From contig JABLTG010000031.1 of NCBI GenBank assembly GCA_016618085.1, positions 1 to 64,000 on the forward strand: 64,000 nucleotides of DNA. Reading direction: 5' to 3'. The DNA comes from Neovahlkampfia damariscottae. Lineage: Eukaryota. Positions within the stretch are counted from its first letter, which is position 1, and each line of letters starts with the position of its first letter. The position numbers and the translations under genes were made by a program. Below are positions 23,607 through 34,100 of this stretch, piece after piece. The notes under the pieces are model-generated. The model searched no databases. It saw only the letters and a list, made by a program, of their open reading frames with translations, and was not told the DNA's origin.

Positions 23607-25475
23607 TCATATCAATTTTTCAACAACTTGTAATGATTTTTTATAAGAAATATAAGTACGAGCCATTATAAATCTTGAGTATGTATCTGACAGATTCATC
23701 TTTATTGCATCTTCAATAGATTCAAATAAATCAACATCTAAGTCTTTTGTTTCATTAATTTTATCTTTCAATCTTTTCACACGTTTGTAATCAATATTAA
23801 TTTCACATGGTGATTTAGATCCATTGAGGTATAAGTGAAAAATTTGACCAATTTTTTGAGCCTTTGTTTTTGGTTCTTTCTCCAATAAATTATAAGATGA
23901 AATCATTCCATCAACATTACAATGATCTGTATTTTCATCTTTTGATTTTTTTGCAATGATTTTATATTCTTTAATATCCAAAAATGATAAAAGATTCTCT
24001 TCACTCCATTCATTCTTTGCGAATTCTCTGAATAATTCCACGATAGTGTCATCCTGTAAATCAGAATTTAAAATATCTCTTGATATTGTTTTTCTATTTT
24101 TGAACAATCCCAAACAAGTTCTGATGAAAGTAACAAACAAAATGAATAAGCATTGATAAGTCAAAAAGTAATAATGAAAAATGTTCTCAAATACAGTATT
24201 AAATGTTTTGTACAATTTGGCATCTGATTTTACGTCTGTATTTTCATTTAAAACTCGAAAGATAAATGATAAAACAAGACAAATCAATGCAAAAAATGAG
24301 AATATTTGTTCAATTCTAAAAAAATAAACATCCTGTTCAATGAAGTTTAAAATTGATTTTTTTGTTTTAATGAAATAAACCAAATTAATTATAATATCAA
24401 CAAATAATAGAATTAACAAAACTACAAAACAAAATAATTTGATTCCGAAAAATGAATAACTGAAATAATCAATAGTTACACCAGGACATTGAAATATTGA
24501 AGTTGATAGAACAATAATATTCTGAGCTGATAATAACAAAAAAATAAAAATTGTCATAAAGATCGTAAAAACAGGTGAAACAATAAAATTAATCATTTGG
24601 ACTATTTTCAATGAGAATGATGAAATATTTTTCAATTTTGATTTTTGATTCAATAAATTGACAATAATAATATATCTGAAATATGTCCATGGCATTAAAA
24701 TACATGAAACCGTCACAAAATTTTCATAAAAGAAACTAAAAAAAATGCATGAATATCGTGATTCGAATTCAAAAGTAGAATATGATTTAACAGCTGATAA
24801 TACAGATCCAAGCTCTCCCAAGACAACAATAAGTGGTACACATCCTCTTGATTTCAATGGTTGACAATTGCAAAAAATAATTAAAATCAAAGCAATGAAA
24901 ATGAAAATACAAAATTCAATAATTATTAATGACCAGTGTAGATCTGATAAACGTAGTACAGAAACGATTTCACATTCTTCCGCCAGTTGTAAAAAATTTA
25001 CATCAAACATTGAAACTGAACTGTGGGTAGTTATTTTTGCAGGAGCATTAACTGTCTCTTCCATTACATAAATCCTTGAATATTCAAGTAATACTTCAGT
25101 ATCAACACGAAATGATATATGATAACCATCATCAAGTCTGAGAGACTCTCTAAGATCTCCTGTGTTTTTTATAAAACTGTTGGCGTTTTTGTATGTTCTT
25201 ATATTGTGATTTTTCAACTCTTTAAAAGTGTATGTGCCATTCATGTCTTTAAAAACTGAAAAAGCGAATCCAAAGTCACTCATATTCATTTTTGTAAAAA
25301 CGATATTGTACATTCCAGCAGTTGAAGAAACTCCTATTCCTACAGTTGTTTTGTTGGTCTCTGAATTTGATTTCCAAGTAATATAGTGATCTCCAAAAGC
25401 TTTACAACTCGATATGTCTCCAGCTATCACCTGAATAAACAATATCAAAGACAAATTGATGAGAGTTGATTTCAT
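23607..25475 (-). CDS. Signal peptide + 7TM + RGS domain protein (intronless)
   Basis: Seven hydrophobic segments beginning near QPLKSRG..PL; RGS motifs LFREFAKNEWSEENLLSF, YLNGSKSPCEINI, NLSDTYSRF. Confidence 0.88.
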   Translation of the reverse strand: MKSTLINLSLILFIQVIAGDISSCKAFGDHYITWKSNSETNKTTVGIGVSSTAGMYNIVFTKMNMSDFGFAFSVFKDMNGTYTFKELKNHNIRTYKNANSFIKNTGDLRESLRLDDGYHISFRVDTEVLLEYSRIYVMEETVNAPAKITTHSSVSMFDVNFLQLAEECEIVSVLRLSDLHWSLIIIEFCIFIFIALILIIFCNCQPLKSRGCVPLIVVLGELGSVLSAVKSYSTFEFESRYSCIFFSFFYENFVTVSCILMPWTYFRYIIIVNLLNQKSKLKNISSFSLKIVQMINFIVSPVFTIFMTIFIFLLLSAQNIIVLSTSIFQCPGVTIDYFSYSFFGIKLFCFVVLLILLFVDIIINLVYFIKTKKSILNFIEQDVYFFRIEQIFSFFALICLVLSFIFRVLNENTDVKSDAKLYKTFNTVFENIFHYYFLTYQCLFILFVTFIRTCLGLFKNRKTISRDILNSDLQDDTIVELFREFAKNEWSEENLLSFLDIKEYKIIAKKSKDENTDHCNVDGMISSYNLLEKEPKTKAQKIGQIFHLYLNGSKSPCEINIDYKRVKRLKDKINETKDLDVDLFESIEDAIKMNLSDTYSRFIMARTYISYKKSLQVVEKLI

Positions 25476-25538
25476 TGGTGAGATTTTTGACCAACCGTTG
25501 GACTTTATTTTGTCGCTTTTAGAATCCTTTCCAATTAT

Positions 25539-26327
25539 TTATTTTTTTTTTTTATCATCTTTTTTCTTATTGTCATCCTTTTGATCCCCTTTTTTATCAA
25601 CCTTGTTGTCATCCTTTTTTTGTTTTTTTTTAGGATTTATTTGTTCTTCAACACCTTCAAGTTCAACTTCTACTAAAGCAAGTTCTCTTTTTAAAGTTTC
25701 AAATTTTTCTGTCAATTCTTCTTTTTTTTTAATAAGATTTGGATCTACTTTTGCTTTTTTTTGTTGCTTTACTCTTAATTTTTTAAAATCATCCAAATAC
25801 TTTTGAAAAGCAATTTTGATTAATTCTGTTTTTTTTGTGAATTTTTCATCATACATTGCAGCAACTACACATTTTAAAGCAAGACAAATTCTAGTAACAT
25901 ATTGTTCGTGTGTTAGATTTGAAAGTCTTTTAAAATTGTTAAAATCTTTTAATTGAGGATAAGATTGGAACAATGGATCATTAATGTTAATTCCAATCTT
26001 TGAATAAATATCTACTACTTCCGTTAAGATATCTTTTAAATTTGCTGCTGTGAAACTGTTTTTTGCTCCTACTTTTTCAGATAATTTTTGATTCAAGATG
26101 GTATCAAAGAAATAGTGTAAAATATTGGACAAAATATTTTCTCTGGTATTTGTTTCAGTTTCTTTAGCATTAAATTTTTGTTGATAACTTTTGTTAACTC
26201 TTGAAACGAGGCTTTCTCTTTCTTCTTTTGTTTCAAATTTGAAGTTGATAATCATTTTCATCAACACATGATGAATTTCATAATAATTTAAGTTATGAAA
26301 GAGTTGGTCTGGTTTTTTAACACTCAT
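25539..26327 (-). CDS. Hypothetical protein with Lys/Asp-rich coiled-coil tail
   Basis: Open frame from ATG 26327 (MSVKKPDQ); CCAAT-type motifs upstream; no recognisable domain. Confidence 0.6.
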   Translation of the reverse strand: MSVKKPDQLFHNLNYYEIHHVLMKMIINFKFETKEERESLVSRVNKSYQQKFNAKETETNTRENILSNILHYFFDTILNQKLSEKVGAKNSFTAANLKDILTEVVDIYSKIGININDPLFQSYPQLKDFNNFKRLSNLTHEQYVTRICLALKCVVAAMYDEKFTKKTELIKIAFQKYLDDFKKLRVKQQKKAKVDPNLIKKKEELTEKFETLKRELALVEVELEGVEEQINPKKKQKKDDNKVDKKGDQKDDNKKKDDKKKK

Positions 26328-26891
26328 ATGAGTTTTTTGTGAAATAAAGAAATCCAATTGGACAAAGGAAAAGGAAATTTTAAATTGCCCAATCAATGAA
26401 ATTCATTCTGTGTTGGTTTGATGTTGTTTCAGAAAAAAATCAAAAAATATTCACAAACTAGATACAAAGCTGATTTGTTGAATTCAACCAATCAGTATAA
26501 ACAATTTTTATTTTTGACCCAGACTAAAAATTTCAATTGCTGGATCAGGAGGCGTAGGAAAATCAGCAATGACAGTTAAAATTTTCTAAAACTAAACTCC
26601 AATTGATATAGATTCAATCGATTTCTCATGAATTCAGAGAAGGTTTTTATGATCCAACGATAGAAGATTCTTATCAAAAGCAACTTTTAGTAAGTCTGGT
26701 TGCTTGACTCAGTGATTATCAACATGTTTGATGTTCGTTAATTCTCAAAATTTAATCTAAATTTAATTGATTTCACAGTTCAATGTTAAAATTTTATTTT
26801 AAAAATATTCTTTGTGGTCATAAAACATTCATTTTGAACCCAGTTTGTTGTATTTAATGTCCAACAAGGATACAGCCACATTCAAATATTT

Positions 26892-27779
26892 TTGACCAAT
26901 AGACTTGTTTCTGCTCAGATGTTCAATTATCACAAAGGAACCGACGAAAAAACAAATAATTCATTTTTTTCATTTGTACAACAAAATTTCTTCAACTTGG
27001 TGAATCCAACAACAAATTTTCATGACGAACAGAAATACAATTATTTGGAAAAAGATTTTCATGTTCTTATCTATCAAATCATAAGACTTTGTTTTCATAT
27101 ACTTTTTATAATTTTAGTATATTACTTTATGAAACTATGGACACCACTTAGCACACTTTATTTTGGATTTATTTTTATGTTCGTTTTGGAAATACTACAA
27201 TCAATTTGAAGAATATTATACATACTGTTCAATGTTCATGATCAACAGAGAAGAAAACCGAGATTCAAAAAATATAACTCCTTTGCCAAAAGAAAAAATT
27301 AAAGAAAAAAAGAAAATATGGAAAGAAAGAAAAGAAACAAACAAAAAGATTCATTTAAAAAATAAAAAAGAATACGAAATGCAAAGAGAAAATATCTTGA
27401 AAACAAACAAAGGACAATTTATAGCATTTTCAAATGGAAAAAATCTTAAAAATATCAGATTCTCAAGATGAAGTATTCAAATATATTGACATTGATCCCA
27501 CTGTATATGTGACACAGATCGGAAATGAAGATGTAAAACCATCACTGGAAAACATACTTTTAACAGGTGACATTTATACTGAAAAAAACGGCAGCTTCAC
27601 ATGCTTTCCTGAAAGTAACAAAGGAAGATAAAAGACTTGAAGGAATTAATCTTTTGGGATCTCCGTTTCTGAGAGAAACTGGATTTTTTCTTCCTGATGA
27701 AAATGATAAATACAAAATTAAAATTCAATATGGGAATGTTGTCAGTAAAAAAACAGCTAATAAAATCCAATATAAATAA
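26892..27779 (+). pseudogene. Cargo remnant: TM segment + DUF5678-like + aspartyl-protease-like fragments
   Basis: Frameshifted pieces EYEMQRENILKTNKGQFIAFSNGK / ISDSQDEVFKYI..VYVTQIGNED (DUF5678-like) and GINLLGSPFL (like the retropepsin C-terminal LLG..FL). Confidence 0.4.
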
Positions 27780-27854
27780 AGATTTAAGAATTGATTAAAG
27801 TAAATGGATTTGATAGAAATTAAGATTTAACAAATATAGCAATGGAACAAAACC

Positions 27855-28130
27855 ATGATACGAATAAATGCCAAAAACAGAATTATTCATGAAAATTTCT
27901 ATGGAAGAATGGAGAAATTGTTCAAGATTATGGAAGGAAAATTCAAATGGGATGAAGAATCTTATTCTACTGTTTTCAAAGTCTGTGCTGCTCTTACGAA
28001 TTACCACATTATGAAATTTCCACTTAGAAATGAAGATGGGATTTACTACAAAGTAGTTTTAAAGAATTACGCTGATGAACAATTGGAAAAGAAAAGAAAA
28101 CAACAAGAGAAAAATAATTTGTTATTTTGA
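27855..28130 (+). mobile_element. C-terminal fragment of a PIF/Harbinger/ISL2EU-type DDE (DDE_Tnp_4) transposase
   Basis: NRIIHENFYGRMEKLFKIM..KFKWDEESYSTVFKVCAALTNYHI..PLRNED contains the R..vE..fGrlK..f / C..L.N signature around the catalytic Glu. Confidence 0.72.
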
Positions 28131-28521
28131 ATACCCAATTCCTTTTCCAAACTCCATTCATGATACTGAGTCAGGTCTTTCCATTGGAGTGCTCCGTGAT
28201 ACACAGAGTCCATACCCCAGACTCTTCTAAATGAATACATCTTCTCTTCTTTCCCTTCCGCAGTCGGTTTCAATTGGTAATAAATGGATGACATTCGACG
28301 TAGCTTCCTAAGTAGTAAGTGGTAAAATTTATGATTTGGAAATATTGGATACAGGTTTTATCGATTTTGTTTAAAATTTCTCAAAAGTCGGTCAAGAAGA
28401 GTTTAGTTCTTTGAGAGAAGTTTAAAGGATCCTCTGAAGGTTTTGAGTCACTTTTACCTAAATTATTTTAGGATTTATTTTGGTTTTTGATATTACAAAT
28501 CAAGAGACTTTTGATGACTTT

Positions 28522-30569
28522 GTTTGATTCCCACGTGAAAAAATTGACGGATTTTTAGTGGAAAAAGTGGATTTTACTGGAATTTTTATTGTTGATTTGG
28601 CAAAAATTTGAAAGTCAATTTTTCTGAAAACCATGTTTGAAAGCAAAACTCCTTCATCTTCTTTAGATTGTAAATCCATGTGAACTCGGTCTGTTTGAAC
28701 TTCAAGCAACTCTTTGAAAAATTCTTATAAGGTTTTCTGCTGAATGAGTGATGCTTTTTTGAATATGAACTGGTAAATTATGAATACAACTGGAAGCAAT
28801 AATCGCTCTTTCAATTGAAACTCTTTGCTTTCAAAAATGTTCCATTGATTCTTGATAATGGCTTTTGAAAACATGTTTCATGTATAATTCTTCATGAGTA
28901 TACTTAAAGTGCCGATGAGCAATATCCTTTTGAAAATCTGTGCTTAAATTAATTTCCAACATCGTTTTTCTTTTGCGTTTGAGTGCAACTTGTTGTGATG
29001 GTGCATATTCGCTTGGAATTTGGTTTTTTTTTTTTTTTGAATCATCGGATCTCCAGTTGTGATCATTGGATTTTCTTTTGTTTCTTTGTTGAAATTTTTT
29101 TTGCTTTTTTTTGTTTGCTTCTTTTTCTTGTTCTTGAAAATCCATTTGAAAATATTCTCCTTTTTCTGTTTCACTTCTTGCTCTTTTTTTTGATGGTTTT
29201 TTAACTTCAACTTCAAGGTTCTTTTGTTTGCGAAATTCAATTAATCTTGAAATTTAAATAATGCATCTTTATTTCCAGTGGTAGACAATTGATAATTTTT
29301 TAAAACCTCTTTGAGTTGTTTACATGTTTTTTTTGATTTCTTTGAAACATTTCTTTGAAATATAAATGGTCGATGAAACTCACTTGTTACACCTGAACAA
29401 CAAAAGCTTCAAAAACTTTGGACATTCTCTTGTCAGCAACTTGTTTTTTTTTGAAACAATTTGATTGGAAACTGTTACAAATCTTAGAGTTTCTCTGTGG
29501 TTAACTTCAGTTTTCTTTGAAGGTAAAAATCGTCCAATAAAATCACAAAGTGATTTTATTCAAAACCACAGATTTCCGATTTCTGAGTGAATGACATATT
29601 CAAGAGATGGAACATTTTTTTTAAAGATATTTCTTGAAGTTGATTGGATAAAGTATCGACTGTTTCCATTGGTTTTTCACTCCGAAATGTCAAATGGAAA
29701 TTTGAATATTCACACATTGTGTGGTTGGACCGAAAATTCGGAATTTGGTTATTTTTAGTTCTCAGAAGACTATAAATACAAGTGAATTTTAACAGATAAA
29801 ACAGATAAAATAAATCTTTTCAATTTGGAAGAGATTCCCATATTTTATTACGACAGTCACAAATTCGTCACAGAAACTTGTGTTGATGCATTTGATTTTT
29901 ACAGAAAGCTCCACAATTTCAACAAATGATCATCAAAAAAAGAAAGGTTTCACCGTTGACACTGAAGAACTTCAAGTCTACCACAAAGAATGAAATGAAC
30001 TTAATTAAATTTTTTAGAAAACAAAAAACAAGTAAAAGAAAAAAATTTTTAAAAATTTAAGTACCAAAACTTCAATGTAAAAGAGCCATTGTTTCATCAT
30101 GCCACAAAAGAATTCGGTTCAAGTTATTAAGATGTGTTGTTGATTGACGTATTTTCCTGCAACTGCAGACGAATTATTTTGAAGAATTTGATGGACAATA
30201 ATAAGTAAATTCGATTGAATGATCTAAATATTTTGAAAAGAAATATCTCAACATAAGAAAATGAAACACAATCAAAGAAGACTCGATCTGGTTGCTTTTT
30301 TATTTATTTGGAAAGAAACAAATTAAAATGGATCACAATTACAAGGCAACGTTGAACAAATATTGCTATTTTTCTCATGAATATCAACTGCGATTTGGAT
30401 ACAGTTGAAAGAAAAATTCAAGTGGAAATTGAAAAAATTACCAGATTTTAAGTGTGGAAAACCAGTTTTTTAGCGGAAATTTTAGCGTCAAAAATGTCGA
30501 TTTTTCCAATAACAATTCCTTTAAAAATCCGTCAATTTTTTCACTTGGATTAATTTTAAGTTAATTTTT
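28522..30569. mobile_element. 2-kb insertion with 27-bp subterminal inverted repeats
   Basis: CCACGTGAAAAAATTGACGGATTTTTA (28531-28557) and TAAAAATCCGTCAATTTTTTCACTTGG (30522-30548) are reverse complements with one mismatch; removing 28522-30569 restores TFDDF|QQLLEQIERIKD. Confidence 0.8.
28640..29330 (-). pseudogene. Degenerate SAP-domain protein inside insertion 2
   Basis: TCKQLKEVLKNYQLSTTGNKDAL-(5-nt insertion)-ISRLIEF fits the SAP consensus; the basic region downstream is broken by stops and frameshifts. Confidence 0.6.
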
Positions 30570-30979
30570 CAACAATTGTTGGAACAAATTGAAAGGATAA
30601 AAGACACAGATCAATTTCCATTTGTGTTAGTTGGTTAACATAAAATCAAATACTAATTGTAAAAGCGAATAAATGTGAGATTCCAAAAGAGAAACGTGGA
30701 AATAAAGCAGTTGATAAAAGTCTTGCTCAAAAATTGACTTATTGTTATGGTGCTCATTATTTCGAAACAAGTGCAAAAGAGAGGATAAATATAGGTACTT
30801 AAACTTTTTTTCTAAAAGAAAAGATGAATGTTTCCTCAAAGTGTGTGAAATGGTAGTGAAAAAAAAAACTGAAAAGACTAAAAAACCGTTAAAGAAACAA
30901 ATAAGTTTTAAATCAGTTTCTACTTCAGAGGATGTTGAAATAAACATTTAAAATAATCAATCTTCTTCAACCAATCGAA

Positions 30980-31784
30980 ATGTCAGCAAAAAAAAAAACC
31001 AAAGAAACAACGAACGTTTTTAGCATTCCTGTATTTGGTGCCGAAAAAGTTGGAAAATCGGCTGTATCACTCAGATACGCGAAAGATCAGTTTAAATCTC
31101 TGATCAGTAAAAAAAAATTAAAAAAATTAAAAATTTTCCAAGTGCCAACAATAGAGGAGAAATGTATCACCGAAAAAAAATTATTCATAAAATTTTTTCA
31201 TAGATACAAAAGCATTTGTTGTAGAATCTGTTGCATATCGAGTAAATATAATAGATACTTCAAGTTCGGACGAATTCAAGGTTTTTCTTCACTTTTCTTA
31301 AAATATTATTAATATAGAGCTTGCGACCAAATTATATCAAAAATGTATGTTTGTATTGTTAATTAATATTTTTATTCAGAGCGACACTTTTTATATCGTA
31401 TTTGATTTATGCTTGAAATCTTCATTTGACAAAGTTGATTCCTTTTATGATTTGATAAAAGAAATCAAAAAAGATGAACCTTTTACATGTGTTTTAATCG
31501 GAAATAAGTGTGAAATTTCTTTAACAGAAAGAGGTGATTCATGTGTTTCCAATTTTGATATTATAAAAAAAGCTGAAAAAATGAAAGCAAATTATTTTGA
31601 TGTTTCAGCAAAACAGGACATAAATATACAAAAATCATTTGAAAATTTAGTTTTTTCTCAATATTCAAAAAGAATAACAACTACAACAAAGAAAAAACCA
31701 CTTTTGAGTATTTTCAAATCAACAGTCTCTGAAGATGAACAACCTGTTTATATATCAAAGAATTTTTATTCTCAAGATGAATAA
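30980..31784 (+). CDS. Divergent Ras-family GTPase, tandem paralog of the disrupted gene (4 introns)
   Basis: GAEKVGKS, PTIEE, IIDTSSSDEF, VLIGNKCE, YFDVSAK after splicing; no CAAX box. Confidence 0.85.
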
Positions 31785-31837
31785 ATTTATTTATAGTGTA
31801 TTTTTTTGCATTAACCAATCAATTCTTTTGTAGAAGG

Positions 31838-32998
31838 ATGAGAAACTTTATGATTGGAGTCGATGGTGGTGGTACAAAAACACATGCTGTATTTCACTTA
31901 CATCCAGTACTGACTTTTTTCAAGGTGATAATTGATAAAAATGATAAAAAAGAATTAGCTTCTTTTATTTCTGGTTTTTCCAGTTTTATGTTTTAAAAGT
32001 CTATAAAAGGGTCAAGCAATAAAAATAGTGTTGGAATGAAAACTGCTAAAGAAAATATTTTGGAATCTATTTTCAAATCATTGGAAAAATTAAACTCCAA
32101 CTTTGAAAATGGTTTTCTCTTCATTTTTTAATATTTTTCCAGTGGATTCTGTATGTTTAGGTTTATCAGGTATTGATGCAGAAATTGATAAAATTGAATT
32201 TACTGAATGGATAAAGGAGTGTTGTGGTAAAGAAATTCAAACTTACGTTTATAATGATACAATAACCAATATGTCATCAGGTAAAAAAATACACCTTATA
32301 AATTGAAAAGGAACTCTCGGAAACATTAATGGATTGATAGTAATCAGGTTTTAAAAATTTCTTTGTTCTTATTCAAAAAATAGTGGAACTGGATCTGTTG
32401 TTTTAGGTACTGATGGAAAAAAAGAATTTCGTGCTGGTGGATGGGGACCTTTATTAGGTGATGAAGGAGGTGGTTATGTTATCGGGAATGATGCTCTATG
32501 TGCTTACACAGCTTGTGTAGATGGAACTGGAGAATCAACCATTTTAGTTGATAGAATTAAAAAAGAATTAGATTTAAAGAATGATTATGATATTGTCAGT
32601 TGGACCTATTCTGGTATGAAATTCATTTTTATTAAGTTAATTCTTCAGATTTAACATGGGCACGTATTGCAAATTTGGCAAAGGTAGTATTTCAATGTTG
32701 TGAAGAAGGAGACATTGTCTCAAAGAAAATTTTAGTAAAAGCAGTAAATGGTTTACTTCAATATATCAATGTTGTTGTGAAGAAATTGAATTGGATAGAT
32801 TCATCTTTTCAAATTGTTTTATGTGGTAAGTTTTATTGGACTAAATCTGAAATATTATCTCAAGGTGGTTTGATGACAAATGATGGAATTTTTCAAAAGA
32901 TGGTTCTTGAAAAATTGAAAACTGAATTCAAAAATTGTGATATTACATTACCAAAAGTATCTCCTGCTATGGGAGCGGCTCTTTTATGTTTTAAATAA
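31838..32998 (+). CDS. N-acetylglucosamine kinase (BadF/BadG/BcrA/BcrD family), many introns
   Basis: IGVDGGGTKT, CLGLSGID, YNDT, SGTGSV, RAGGWGPLLGDEGGGYVIG, PAMGAAL. Confidence 0.9.
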
Positions 32999-33017
32999 AT
33001 ATTTATTCTCCAAAGGT

Positions 33018-33968
33018 TTAAAATTTAGTCAATTTTTTGAATTGTTCAAATGAACCTTCCAAAGTTAATTTGCTTGCTCTTCCAGAAATAATATCACCCA
33101 AAAAATTTGGAAAGTCAGAATTCTTGTCTTCTTCAAAATCATCAAAATCTGGTATTTCTGACATCCAATCATTAATCCAATTGAAAGTTTTTTTTTTATA
33201 ATCATTGACTTTATTGACCATTGACTTATTTTTTCCATCAACCAATACAGTTTGTGTTTGAAAAATACAAATTAATTTAGATTTTTCTATGTTGTCAAAT
33301 AAGTCCTCTGGTAAAGGTGAGTAATCCCTTTGTGTCAGCTTTTTCAATGAAATGTCTTCAATGTCCGAAATTAAAATTAATCCTCGAATCATTTTAACGA
33401 ATTTTTCATCATCCAATTCAACAAAACCCATTGAATTTTTGATGATTGAAATATCTTCATTTTGAAATGTTCCCACCACTTTCGCTTGAAAATCTGTTTT
33501 TTCAGCAAAACAATATTTATTGAGTGAAGAAAACCCAGCTATAGTTGAATGAATCAAATAACAATTTGCTCCACCATCACCCGATGCTGTTTCTGAAAAA
33601 TCTTCGAAGATTTTAACTTCAAAATGATGTTCATTCAATTTATAAGAAAAGTGTAAATGCATCATAAGTTCAGTGGCTCCTGGAAAATAACAATATTGTT
33701 TATCCAAAGTTAAATGATGTTCATGAATCAAAAATGAGTCCAACGGAAAGCATCCAAATAATTCTTGATTTTCAATGAAATAATCAATAAATATTTTTTG
33801 AACGGTTTCATTGTGTTTCAAAGATGAAGAAAATTTTTTTGATATTTCTTTGTGATGTTCAGTTATTTTTTGATGTGTTTCTTTTGATAGTAATTTGAGT
33901 TTTTGTGTTTGTCTATATTCCAGAAATTCTAAAGTGTAAAAGAAAACATCATCACTCAGCGAGTTCAT
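33018..33968 (-). CDS. Hypothetical protein with F-box-like N-terminus (intronless)
   Basis: MNSLSDDVFFYTLEFL..KLKLLSK resembles an F-box; 316-codon ORF. Confidence 0.6.
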   Translation of the reverse strand: MNSLSDDVFFYTLEFLEYRQTQKLKLLSKETHQKITEHHKEISKKFSSSLKHNETVQKIFIDYFIENQELFGCFPLDSFLIHEHHLTLDKQYCYFPGATELMMHLHFSYKLNEHHFEVKIFEDFSETASGDGGANCYLIHSTIAGFSSLNKYCFAEKTDFQAKVVGTFQNEDISIIKNSMGFVELDDEKFVKMIRGLILISDIEDISLKKLTQRDYSPLPEDLFDNIEKSKLICIFQTQTVLVDGKNKSMVNKVNDYKKKTFNWINDWMSEIPDFDDFEEDKNSDFPNFLGDIISGRASKLTLEGSFEQFKKLTKF

Positions 33969-34100
33969 CTGTGTTAAAGTTGTTTTTATTGGTCTAAATT
34001 TGGATTATTATTTTCTTTGTAATTTTGATTTTTTTTGAAAATTTCTGTTTTTCTCAAATTGAAGGAGCTGTTTCATTGGTCAATCTAAGAAGAATTACAA

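Larger units (their letters stand above)
26696..28312. mobile_element. 1.6-kb insertion flanked by an exact 8-bp target-site duplication TAGTAAGT
   Basis: TAGTAAGT at 26688-26695 and 28313-28320; removing the insert plus one copy restores KQLLVSGKIYDLEILDT. No convincing terminal inverted repeat. Confidence 0.8.
26521..30951 (+). pseudogene. Ras-family GTPase pseudogene split into three parts by two insertions
   Basis: Part 1 (26521-26695): RLKISIAGSGGVGKSAMT|IQSISHEFREGFYDPTIEDSYQKQLLVS. Part 2 (28321-28521): GKIYDLEILDT|VGQEEFSSLREV-frameshift-GSSE|GFILVFDITNQETFDDF. Part 3 (30570-30951): QQLLEQIERIKDTDQFPFVLV|ANKCE..YFETSAKERINI|DECF. The parts join colinearly with Ras. Confidence 0.88.

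Noticed and set aside
27855..28130. Domesticated HARBI1-like host gene
   Set aside because: Only the C-terminal third is present, it lacks the first two catalytic Asp regions, and it lies inside an insertion.
26690..28315. Insertion 1 as a self-removing intron (the TSD contains GTAAGT and the far end has AG)
   Set aside because: No GT-AG pair removes exactly 1625 nt; the available pairs shift the frame, and the gene has other lesions.
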